Shown: positions 56,108-64,000 of the stretch, one piece after another
Layout: every line of letters starts with the position of its first letter
How positions within the stretch are numbered: position 1 is the stretch's first letter
The notes under the pieces: model-generated
Database searches by the model: none
What the model saw: the letters and a program-made list of their open reading frames with translations, nothing else
Told to the model about the DNA's origin: nothing
Program-made: the position numbers and the translations under genes
Assembly: GCA_038257355.1 (NCBI GenBank)
Contig: JBBSJK010000004.1
Location: 8,637-72,636, forward strand
DNA length: 64,000 bases
Direction of reading: 5' to 3'
Source of the DNA: Pyrinomonadales bacterium
GTDB lineage: Bacteria > Acidobacteriota > Blastocatellia > Pyrinomonadales > Pyrinomonadaceae

Positions 56108-57499
56108 TTAGTTGCCGTAATTGCGGCCGGCCGGATAGGTGACCTTGGAGCGTGCAAGCCGCGTGTCGAGCGACATGGCGTCGTAGGCCATCGGTAAAGC
56201 TCCGCCAAACTGTCCCTGGACGAGAGAAACAAATGAATTCTGAAACGTCCGGAATCTTGCCACATTGCCGCGTTGGTTAAAGATGACGAACAGCAGTCTT
56301 CCGTTCCGCGTATTGACCTCGCCGGCCAGAGCGCTGACGCCGCCATCGGTGCGGCCGAGAGTCCCGGTTTTGCCGACAACGCTGCCGCGGGCAAAATCTG
56401 CGTCAAAGCGGCCTTCCAGCGTGCCTTTGTCAATTCCTGCGACAGGCATAATATCTGCAAAGGTCATCTTGTGTTTGGCGAGATCCGAGCGGAGAGCACG
56501 CAAAAGCCGCATCATCGCATTTGGGGTGACACGGTTGATGCCAAGCCCACTGGCGGTCTGGAGTGTGAATTCCTGCGGCGGTACTTTCGCGTTTAGATGT
56601 ACCGAACGAGCAACCGCATACGGGCCGCCAACCAGATCGCCAAGCCGTTCAGACAGAAAGTTATTTGAATAACAGAGTGTCGCCTTAATGATCTCGCGTA
56701 GCTGTGCTGATTCGTGTGTAAAGAGCAACTGGAGGTTGCTGGGGATCGGCTGGACATAGACAGCGCCGGAAAATGCGACGCCCGGAACACCCGTAACCTG
56801 CCCGAACTGCCCCGAATACGAAAGATGACTGAGCCACAAACGTGTGGCAGCGGCATTTCGTTTCGACATGTCCATCGAAGCAAAAAGTAACTTTCCCGAG
56901 GATAGCGAAGAACCCGAGTAATTCATTACAAAATTATCGGTTACGATCAGATCACCGTTGACCGAGCGAATGCCTAAGCGGTTTAATTCGTATGCCAGTG
57001 CGATGGCGTGCTGATATCCGAACATGGGATCTTTGCCCGATACATAGACGTTACCGTTTAGGACACCGGTCGTCGGATCGACCGCTCCATCAGTGAAAAC
57101 GTTTGTCATAAAGCGAAATTCCGGGCCGAATGTTTTAAGTACGGCGTAGGCGGTCGCAATCTTAACGTTTGATGCCGGGTTGAACGCAAAATTCGAATTG
57201 CTTTCAATAACCACATTGCCATCCAGCGATTCGATTAAGACGCCCGAATAACCCGGGATCGAGACGCCCGCAAGGGCAGGGAAAAGCGTTCTGATGCCAT
57301 TCGCATTCGCCGCGACGACGCTGCCGGTTTTCATAACCAGCGGTGTTGATGAAGGGACGGCTGAGTAAGTTTCAGTCTTTAACTGAATGTCTTGAATCAA
57401 AGGCGTTCGCGACGACTGTCCAAAAGCGGGTACAGTTGTTAAAACCATGAACGCGGCAATAAATAAAATGTAAAGTGATTTTGTGGCAGGTTTTGTCAT
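56108..57499 (-). CDS. dacB: D-alanyl-D-alanine carboxypeptidase/endopeptidase (PBP4, S13 family)
   Basis: Signal '...PAFGQS', SxxK 'PASNVK' and 'KTGTL' box. The ATG at 57499 is preferred. Confidence 0.85.
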   Translation of the reverse strand: MTKPATKSLYILFIAAFMVLTTVPAFGQSSRTPLIQDIQLKTETYSAVPSSTPLVMKTGSVVAANANGIRTLFPALAGVSIPGYSGVLIESLDGNVVIESNSNFAFNPASNVKIATAYAVLKTFGPEFRFMTNVFTDGAVDPTTGVLNGNVYVSGKDPMFGYQHAIALAYELNRLGIRSVNGDLIVTDNFVMNYSGSSLSSGKLLFASMDMSKRNAAATRLWLSHLSYSGQFGQVTGVPGVAFSGAVYVQPIPSNLQLLFTHESAQLREIIKATLCYSNNFLSERLGDLVGGPYAVARSVHLNAKVPPQEFTLQTASGLGINRVTPNAMMRLLRALRSDLAKHKMTFADIMPVAGIDKGTLEGRFDADFARGSVVGKTGTLGRTDGGVSALAGEVNTRNGRLLFVIFNQRGNVARFRTFQNSFVSLVQGQFGGALPMAYDAMSLDTRLARSKVTYPAGRNYGN

Positions 57500-57782
57500 G
57501 AATATCGTGCCGCTCGGCTTGATCGGAAGGAAGGTTAGCACCGCCCAAAAGCAACGCTAAAATGAATATACCACATTTGGCGGCAAAACTCCAAATTTTC
57601 GGATTTCCCGAATCATAGCCCTCTGCGGGTTGCCATTTATGATGAATTTCACGAGCGCCGGGATGTATTTGAAATTAAGCGTCGCTTATGGCATTCATTA
57701 CCTTTATTTATACACAAAATCGAAACTAAATGGAAGAGTTCTTTTATAGCTGAATGGAAATAATTTGACGGACAACGTCAGG

Positions 57783-59984
57783 TCATTCCGCGGCGGCCGC
57801 TTTTAAGTATTTGAGCATCGTGATCCGAGTTCCGTCATCGGTCCGTTCGATCTTGACCTCGTCCATCAAGCCCTTTATTAACTTGAGTCCCCAGCCGCGG
57901 CGGCCTCCGTCGGAGGCTGACTCGGGTGTGTTCTTGTCTGCAAGACGGAGGCCTCGGTTTGTGACGGTGATGGTGATCTTGTCCGGATCGACGGTAAATT
58001 TTTGGTAGATTCGCCGGTCTGGGCTCAGGGAATGCTCGGCGGCATTGATACATGCCTCGACCAGAGCGGTCTTGATCTGATTTATTGCTTTAGCCGGGAA
58101 ATTATGCCGTTTGGTGATCTCCTCGACCGTGTGAGCGGCGAGCATCTCGGTATCCTCGCCCATCGGCATAACTATTTCATATTCGTTCCCGGTGTTTTTT
58201 TCATCGCTCTGCCTCTGTGCTCCCAGGATTCCGGCCAACAGATCGACCTGTTTTCTGCTCGATCCGTAGGCGTTTCTGTCACGTAAGGCGTCCATCGCAT
58301 CCGGAGCAAAACCCTCAGGGGCGACCAGCCAGAATTTATAATGCGGGAAATTGCAGTTTAGAGCGACCATTTCAAGACGGTCGCACCAGAACTCAGCCAT
58401 TTCGCGGGTTGCTTCGAGTTTTGAGTCGATCTCGACCCCGATCCATGCGGTCTCTTCTTTACCGTCGTTACCCGTAAATCCGAGAGCGATGGCCGAGCGC
58501 TCGGAGTCACACAGTTCATTAAGTTGCGGATAGAAGGCTGCGGTGTGGGCCGCGTAGACGATCTGCGGCAGATTTATTCTGTCACCTGTCTCTTTTAGTG
58601 ACTTTAATATTTTATCATCGCTCGCACCTTTGTATTCGTCCTTGAACTTTCCGTAATCAATCAGTGCGGACGATATCTGATGGCCATCGAATACCCGCAG
58701 CAGAGAGCGCAGGCCGATCGCCGATCGGCGGCGGTAAAATCTGGCCATCAGCTGCGGGGCGCGTTTTACATTCTCAGAAAGTGCCTCGCCCACGGCCAAT
58801 GCCCGCGTTTCACCCGCGATTTCGAGTCTGGCTCGTCCGCGAAGATAGTCGCAGAGTACAATGTTAGCAGGATCAATCTCTACCGAGCCGGAACCGACGC
58901 TGACTATTTCATTATGATTCAGGGCGTCGAGAATTTTGTCAAATTCCGCACCGTTCAGCCCGGTGTGACGGCTCCAGTAAGCGACGGGTATCTTGTGGTC
59001 GCGGTCGGACATATTCTCCGACAGCAGTCGCAGAACTCGTGTCTGTAGTTCTGTATCCGGCAAAATCCGGTCAAAGATCGCATCAAAATATTTACCGATC
59101 CGTCCGCCAAATATCTCATCCGTATAAGCCTGCTCGACATGTTCAAATGTGTTTAGGTCATTACCGTTAGCAGCAGCCGAGGCAAACAGGGAAGTTATCT
59201 GTCCGGCGTTGCCACCGAGTTGGACAGCAATCAGGTCGCGGGTCTGATCGTTGATCGCAACACCGGTTTTTTCAGCGAGGCCCTGGGCAAAATAACCTGC
59301 GTCCGAGAATGAAAATGGCTCGACCGACATCGTTTCGAACGGCGTCCGGGCAAAGAGAAATCGCCGTTGACCCGCCAAAACAAACGGTATCGTAGCCCGG
59401 CTAAAAATGTCGCGTACATCGTCGAGAAAAGCCGCTCCGCCATCGAGCCCGGCAGCGGAATGCAGATTGTCGATCATTACTACGGCACGTGCACCGCTAG
59501 CAGCTGCGCGAAGCGGGGCACTCAGACAATTTCGCACAAAGGTGCGATCGTCGCTGATTTTGCCATCGCCGCTGTATGTCTCGACGAGGCGGTCGATCCA
59601 ATAACCATCGGATGGCACCGCGAGCTCGGCGATCTCACCAATTTCGGGTGAGGCATCGATGATATGTGGATCACGGCGGCGGAATGCGACGGTTTGGAGC
59701 AGAAACTCACACAAAAACCGCAGTGCCGCATTTTGCGCAGTACGATCGCTCGTTCTGATCTCAAAATAGAACGGGATCACGTCTTCCTGTTCGACAAACA
59801 GGCGGTCATAGGACTGACGCAAAAGTTCGGAGGCGCCGGCGGAGGGTGCTGATAGCAGCACGATGCCGTTCGAGGGTGTGACGCTTTTAGCGTGAAGCAG
59901 AAGGCGTTCGAGCTGCATCGTCCGGCCGATAAAGCCGCCCGACCCGTTTCGCGCAAATATTCTACTCTCCGGGAATTTTCTCAT
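57783..59984 (-). CDS. Large multidomain protein: degenerate AAA/Arch_ATPase-like N-domain and C-terminal RsbW/SpoIIAB-like HATPase_c Ser kinase domain
   Basis: 'FIGRTMQLERLL...IVLLSAPSAGASELL' is a P-loop position lacking Gly1 and Lys. 'AVVMIDNLH' is Walker-B-like. The C-terminus has 'LVEACINAAEH' (N box) and 'DGGRRGWGLKLIKGLMDEV' (G box). The start lies 3 nt after the upstream stop. Confidence 0.7.
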   Translation of the reverse strand: MRKFPESRIFARNGSGGFIGRTMQLERLLLHAKSVTPSNGIVLLSAPSAGASELLRQSYDRLFVEQEDVIPFYFEIRTSDRTAQNAALRFLCEFLLQTVAFRRRDPHIIDASPEIGEIAELAVPSDGYWIDRLVETYSGDGKISDDRTFVRNCLSAPLRAAASGARAVVMIDNLHSAAGLDGGAAFLDDVRDIFSRATIPFVLAGQRRFLFARTPFETMSVEPFSFSDAGYFAQGLAEKTGVAINDQTRDLIAVQLGGNAGQITSLFASAAANGNDLNTFEHVEQAYTDEIFGGRIGKYFDAIFDRILPDTELQTRVLRLLSENMSDRDHKIPVAYWSRHTGLNGAEFDKILDALNHNEIVSVGSGSVEIDPANIVLCDYLRGRARLEIAGETRALAVGEALSENVKRAPQLMARFYRRRSAIGLRSLLRVFDGHQISSALIDYGKFKDEYKGASDDKILKSLKETGDRINLPQIVYAAHTAAFYPQLNELCDSERSAIALGFTGNDGKEETAWIGVEIDSKLEATREMAEFWCDRLEMVALNCNFPHYKFWLVAPEGFAPDAMDALRDRNAYGSSRKQVDLLAGILGAQRQSDEKNTGNEYEIVMPMGEDTEMLAAHTVEEITKRHNFPAKAINQIKTALVEACINAAEHSLSPDRRIYQKFTVDPDKITITVTNRGLRLADKNTPESASDGGRRGWGLKLIKGLMDEVKIERTDDGTRITMLKYLKAAAAE

Positions 59985-59987
59985 TAC

Positions 59988-62279
59988 TTATTTCTTATTC
60001 TGTGGCTGCAAGTGCATGCTTTCAAACGAAAGTACCATGTTGCGTCCCCGGTGCTTTGCTTCGTACAAGGCCTTATCGGCAGCCGAAACAATTGTGGTTG
60101 ACGTACATAGGTCCATCGAACAGCTGGCGATGCCGATGCTGATGGTGACTCCCTGATGTTGAAAATCGGTTTCCTCGATGTTGGCCCGGATGCGTTCGGC
60201 GATAGTTGCGGCCTCTTCGCCAGTAGTTTGCGGGAGCAGAATCGAAAATTCCTCACCGCCAAACCTGGCCGCGACATCCGCCCCGCGAAGCGTCTCTCGG
60301 ATAACATGGGCGACAAGCCGCAACGCATCGTCCCCGGCCGGGTGGCCAAACTGATCGTTAAATGTTTTGAAATGATCTACATCCAGCATCATAAAACTCA
60401 TCGGAAAACCATGCCGGTTGGATCGTTTGATCTCCTCCGTCAGGCGCTCCTCGATATAGCGGCGGTTGAGCAAACCGGTCAATGCATCAGTGACGGAAAG
60501 TTGTTCAAACTCGCCGGCTTTTTCCTTTAACAGGGCCCGGTCGATCGCGATGGCGAGTTGCGGAGCGATCGCTTGAAACAGATCGAGGGAACTGCGATCA
60601 AATGCAAGGCCCGATGCCTTGTCCGTAAAATTCATAACACCCATCGTCCGGCTGCCGATTGAAATTGGACAACTCATAAATGACGGCGTTTTGTAATTAC
60701 GGTCGGAACGGGGCGGTGGCAAACCGGTTTTTGAAACGTCGGGAACAATTAAGGGCTGGTTTTTTTCAAACACGATCCTGGCAACACGTGTTCCTACTTT
60801 CTCGCCGGCTACCGGTTCGGTCCTTGCGCCGATCATTGCCTTGATCTCAAGAAACTCGGTCTTTTCGTCATAGATTAATAGGGATGCTCGCTCGGCCCGC
60901 AGCATTTCGGCGGCGTTTTGAGTCAGCGTGAGCCAGAGATCGTCTGTGTCGATGCGTTTCAGGCTCTCACTAAATCTACGGATGGCGGTCGAGAGCGTGT
61001 CGCCGCGTGCGACCTTGCCTCTGAGCTGTAGAATTTCTAGCTGCGGAGCTATTGAAAGACAGATGCGGGCGATTTGTTTTTTAATCGTTTCTTCGCTGAT
61101 CTGATCGAGTATAGCTATACCCGCCGATATTTCGCCGCCAACGCCGATAGGGAAGAGGTACATCGTCCGGGGGTCGGTCGCCGATTGCTCCTTTGTACGT
61201 TCATTAAGTTCGAGCGGCATTTCGTTTTGCAATGCTTCGATCAGGCGCTGATCGTCCGACGCGATTCCGAGCCGCACCTTTCGGTTTTTCATCTCGCCAA
61301 AGGTTGCAGCATTTTCGAGCCGGTTTTCTTTCTTTTCGAGCCAGATAAGGGCGGTAAATCCGTAGTGAAGAGCAAGAAACTCAAGGATTGAGTCCGGCGC
61401 CTTTGAGTAATCCGATTTTAAGAGCGATCCAAAAAAGGACCGCCACGCCCGGGCCTCGGCCGTCCGTTTGTCGGTTGGGTTTGGTGCGGGAGCAGGCACA
61501 GACCTGGATTCGGGGATCGCTACTGCCTTAATTTCCGGTTCCGCCTCCGGTTCATCGACGGGTACAGGCTCGTTAGGTGCAGAATGTTTAGTGAGTATTG
61601 GGTTGAGCCCGAGCTCGCGATTAAATTTTTCGACAATGTTCGATTGGCCAACGGGTGTTTTCTCAGATGGCCGCTCAACCGGGAGTGGTTTCAAGATTTT
61701 AGTTGTTGCCATTTGCGGCACATTTGATTCTGGCCCACGGGCTACGTGTATGTTATCCGGAAGCAGGTTTTCGACCTTGGCGGCGGTTTTGTCGATGACC
61801 GAGACCGGGCCGGTCAGCAGAATATTCTCAAAAAGGTCGGCTGGCGGATACGCCTGCCAATCTCCAGAGATCGCCCGGGTCGTCGCAATCCGATAATTAT
61901 CGGCCTTGACAAACGTCCGTCCAACAATCGCAACCAGCGGCGTCTGTTGATTTCTTATCGGCACCGCACGGCACTCAAGACCGGCATGACAGGTGAAGGA
62001 AACGGGGGCACCGGTCTCTCTCGTATTTTGAAATGCGGTTCCGCAGAATGCCGCGCATTGGCCGACAAACTCGCCGTCGGGATTGAGATTGCGGCAGATC
62101 GAGTTATTGTTTAAGACGTATATTTCGCGCGACGACTCATCTAACACAGCTATCGTAAGGCCGCTTACGTCCGCTAGACGCTCCAATATTGATTGTTCCG
62201 ACGTTTCCTTTTGCACTTTCTTATTCGAAGCGTAGATATGCCTTTTGCCGACAAGGTATGTTACCTGGCGACCGGACAA
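59988..62279 (-). CDS. PocR-GAF-GAF-GGDEF diguanylate cyclase
   Basis: PocR-like Cys pattern 'CRNLNPDGEFVGQCAAFC...FTCHAGLEC', GAF region(s), 'DALTGLLNRRY' and I-site+A-site 'RGADVAARFGGEEF' (GGEEF at 60246-60260). The TTG start is uncertain. Confidence 0.88.
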   Translation of the reverse strand: MSGRQVTYLVGKRHIYASNKKVQKETSEQSILERLADVSGLTIAVLDESSREIYVLNNNSICRNLNPDGEFVGQCAAFCGTAFQNTRETGAPVSFTCHAGLECRAVPIRNQQTPLVAIVGRTFVKADNYRIATTRAISGDWQAYPPADLFENILLTGPVSVIDKTAAKVENLLPDNIHVARGPESNVPQMATTKILKPLPVERPSEKTPVGQSNIVEKFNRELGLNPILTKHSAPNEPVPVDEPEAEPEIKAVAIPESRSVPAPAPNPTDKRTAEARAWRSFFGSLLKSDYSKAPDSILEFLALHYGFTALIWLEKKENRLENAATFGEMKNRKVRLGIASDDQRLIEALQNEMPLELNERTKEQSATDPRTMYLFPIGVGGEISAGIAILDQISEETIKKQIARICLSIAPQLEILQLRGKVARGDTLSTAIRRFSESLKRIDTDDLWLTLTQNAAEMLRAERASLLIYDEKTEFLEIKAMIGARTEPVAGEKVGTRVARIVFEKNQPLIVPDVSKTGLPPPRSDRNYKTPSFMSCPISIGSRTMGVMNFTDKASGLAFDRSSLDLFQAIAPQLAIAIDRALLKEKAGEFEQLSVTDALTGLLNRRYIEERLTEEIKRSNRHGFPMSFMMLDVDHFKTFNDQFGHPAGDDALRLVAHVIRETLRGADVAARFGGEEFSILLPQTTGEEAATIAERIRANIEETDFQHQGVTISIGIASCSMDLCTSTTIVSAADKALYEAKHRGRNMVLSFESMHLQPQNKK

Positions 62280-62575
62280 GCAATTTAATACGTACCAGCA
62301 AAAACGGTTAATAGCTACGTAGTTTCACGAAAAAATCAGATAAATCCATATCCGTGTTTATATCTTTTTCAGAACTTAAAACGCACGTGACACCGGCGGC
62401 AGATTTTATAGTCTATTGTTTGATAGCGTACTTTCAAATTCTCGGTTTAGGATTACTCTGAATATGCAGAGCAAAACAAGCCGTTTGTCGGAAACACAAA
62501 TTTTTGGTAGTTCGTAATCGGCTTGCAGCTATAGAGATCAAATTAACATTTGCAATTTTAACGGAGGTATTTACT

Positions 62576-63112
62576 ATGATTAATGATTTTGGCACACCAG
62601 CCCCAAATAACGAACCATTTCAGGGATCCAGAGAGAACGCTACGAACTCGGATGTCATTTCAACGCTGAATGGGTTGATTGAAACCTGTAAGGATGGACA
62701 GGATGGATTTAAAGCGGCAGCCGAGGGCATCGAACGCTCAGATCTGAAAAAAGTCTTTTACGAATTTTCACAACAGCGATCTGAATTTGTCGGAGTTTTA
62801 CAAGAATTAGTCCGCTCGGTCGGTGGTGACCCTGAAAAAAGCGGCAGCGTGTCCGCCGCACTTCATCGCGGTTGGATAGACATCAAATCGCTGGTTACCG
62901 GAAAGGATGAGGAAGCGATCCTCAACGAATGCGAACGTGGCGAGGATTATGCCAAGGAAGCATACACCGACGCGCTAAAAACTACACTTCCGGCAAACGT
63001 TAGTTCGGTTGTGTCTCAGCAGTCACAGGCCATTCTTGCCGCTCACAATAAGATTAAGGCTCTCAGAAACGCAGAAAGCCACAAATCGGCAACACCAGGA
63101 GCGTCTAGTTAG
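62576..63112 (+). CDS. PA2169-family four-helix-bundle protein (DUF2383, ferritin-like)
   Basis: 'LNGLIETCKDGQDGFKAAAE', 'HRGWIDIK' and 'ECERGEDYAKEAY'. The ATG at 62576 follows 'ggagg'. Confidence 0.8.
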   Translation: MINDFGTPAPNNEPFQGSRENATNSDVISTLNGLIETCKDGQDGFKAAAEGIERSDLKKVFYEFSQQRSEFVGVLQELVRSVGGDPEKSGSVSAALHRGWIDIKSLVTGKDEEAILNECERGEDYAKEAYTDALKTTLPANVSSVVSQQSQAILAAHNKIKALRNAESHKSATPGASS

Positions 63113-63144
63113 ATTAGGGTTTTCACGGTCAGCAACACACAAAA

Positions 63145-63169
63145 GGGTCTCGATTTCGAGGCCCTTTTT
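63145..63169 (+). terminator. Rho-independent terminator after the PA2169-family gene
   Basis: 'gggtctcg att tcgaggccc ttttt' (one mismatch). Confidence 0.65.
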
Positions 63170-63274
63170 CATACCTCAAAAAAACTTTTCACTGTCTTAA
63201 AAATGAGTTCCTAAAGGCAGCTTTTGGCTGGTTAATAAATTGACAATTATATTTACGCAAATAGTCTGACAATA

Positions 63275-64000
63275 CTATTTTCCGACTGCCCCGAGACCTG
63301 AGCGAGCATTCTCGTCAATATTTGGGTGCTCAGGATTGATGCGTATGCACGCCGAAAAATGGCGGGGTTTAACCTCGACGAGCTGCGGCGAAATAGCTGA
63401 GCAATCGGCTATCGAGTATTGGCAGCGGGTGTGAAAATGACAGCCCGAAGGCGGATTTATTGACGATGGCACATCGCCCGTTAGAATTATCCGCTCGCGC
63501 TTAGCCTCGATTGCTGGATTGGGAACCGGTACCGCCGAAATCAGCGCCTTGGTGTACGGCATCAGCGGATCGCGATATATTTCTCTGCCATCCGCAAGCT
63601 CGACAATGCGTCCCAGGTACATCACCGCAACCCGGTCGGAAAGATGTCGGACCGCACGCAGATCGTGTGAGATAAAGAGATATGTGAGATTTTTTTCCGC
63701 CTGGAGACGCTCCAACAGATTCATTATCTGGGCCTGGATCGAGACATCGAGCGCTGAGATCGGTTCGTCGGCGACGATAAACTCCGGATCGACGGCGAGT
63801 GCCCTCGCAATGCCGATGCGTTGCCGCTGTCCGCCGGAAAATTCGCGTGGGTAGCGCTTTATAAACCGGCGGCTGAGGCCGACAGTTTCCATCAGTTCCT
63901 GCACCCTGGATTCCACCGAAGCGCCGTCAGAGAGCCCAAAAGTGCGGATCGGCTCGCCAATGATGCTGCCTGCCGTCATCCGCGGGTTTAAGCTCGCGTA
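63275..64000 (-). CDS. Oligopeptide/dipeptide ABC transporter ATP-binding protein (OppF/DppF-like), 5' end beyond the window
   Basis: '[15 protein letters not shown]' signature, '[11 protein letters not shown]' Walker B and an Opp-type C-terminal Cys-rich tail. The ORF runs off the window edge. Confidence 0.9.
   Translation of the reverse strand, partial: YASLNPRMTAGSIIGEPIRTFGLSDGASVESRVQELMETVGLSRRFIKRYPREFSGGQRQRIGIARALAVDPEFIVADEPISALDVSIQAQIMNLLERLQAEKNLTYLFISHDLRAVRHLSDRVAVMYLGRIVELADGREIYRDPLMPYTKALISAVPVPNPAIEAKRERIILTGDVPSSINPPSGCHFHTRCQYSIADCSAISPQLVEVKPRHFSACIRINPEHPNIDENARSGLGAVGK

Overview
This is a 64-kb chromosomal segment made up mostly of housekeeping genes. By eye it has moderate GC. 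It looks Acidobacteriota-like, possibly Blastocatellia-type, but that is a guess. The guess rests on a TIGR03436-style VWA protein, many exported proteins with 'xxAQ/xxGQ' signal-peptide cleavage sites, a mycobacterial Sdh1-type succinate dehydrogenase, and dense REP-like intergenic words. I support about 57 protein-coding genes. They include wzc-like BY-kinase, an E2 acyltransferase, uraD-uraH, malQ, the sdh operon, hppA, carA, lepB, an ECF sigma, plsC, SpoIID/LytB, miaA-hfq-tmk-holB, ispG-rseP-dxr, hisS, murJ and dacB. I saw no rRNA, tRNA, CRISPR array, transposase or integrase. The most unusual items are: (1) a HinP1I/MspI-family restriction-endonuclease homologue with a textbook Sec signal peptide and no methyltransferase, followed by an ATGA-coupled 33-aa TM micro-ORF and a ~670-nt AT-rich ORF-free region that holds a 22-bp perfect palindrome and an element also found at the window start; (2) a DUF433/DUF5615 toxin-antitoxin pair inserted between sdhA and sdhB, plus an extra small soluble ORF coupled between the membrane anchor and sdhA; (3) a tightly linked pair of a PocR-GAF-GGDEF cyclase and a 733-aa protein with a degenerate P-loop and an RsbW-like kinase domain; (4) an encapsulated-ferritin (EncFtn) homologue with no encapsulin and no targeting peptide; (5) heptanucleotide tandem repeats read through in frame inside hisS; (6) a 242-bp MITE-like element with 34-bp perfect terminal inverted repeats, and families of palindromic intergenic repeats. 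All homology statements come from my own recognition of motifs and remembered sequences, not from database searches.
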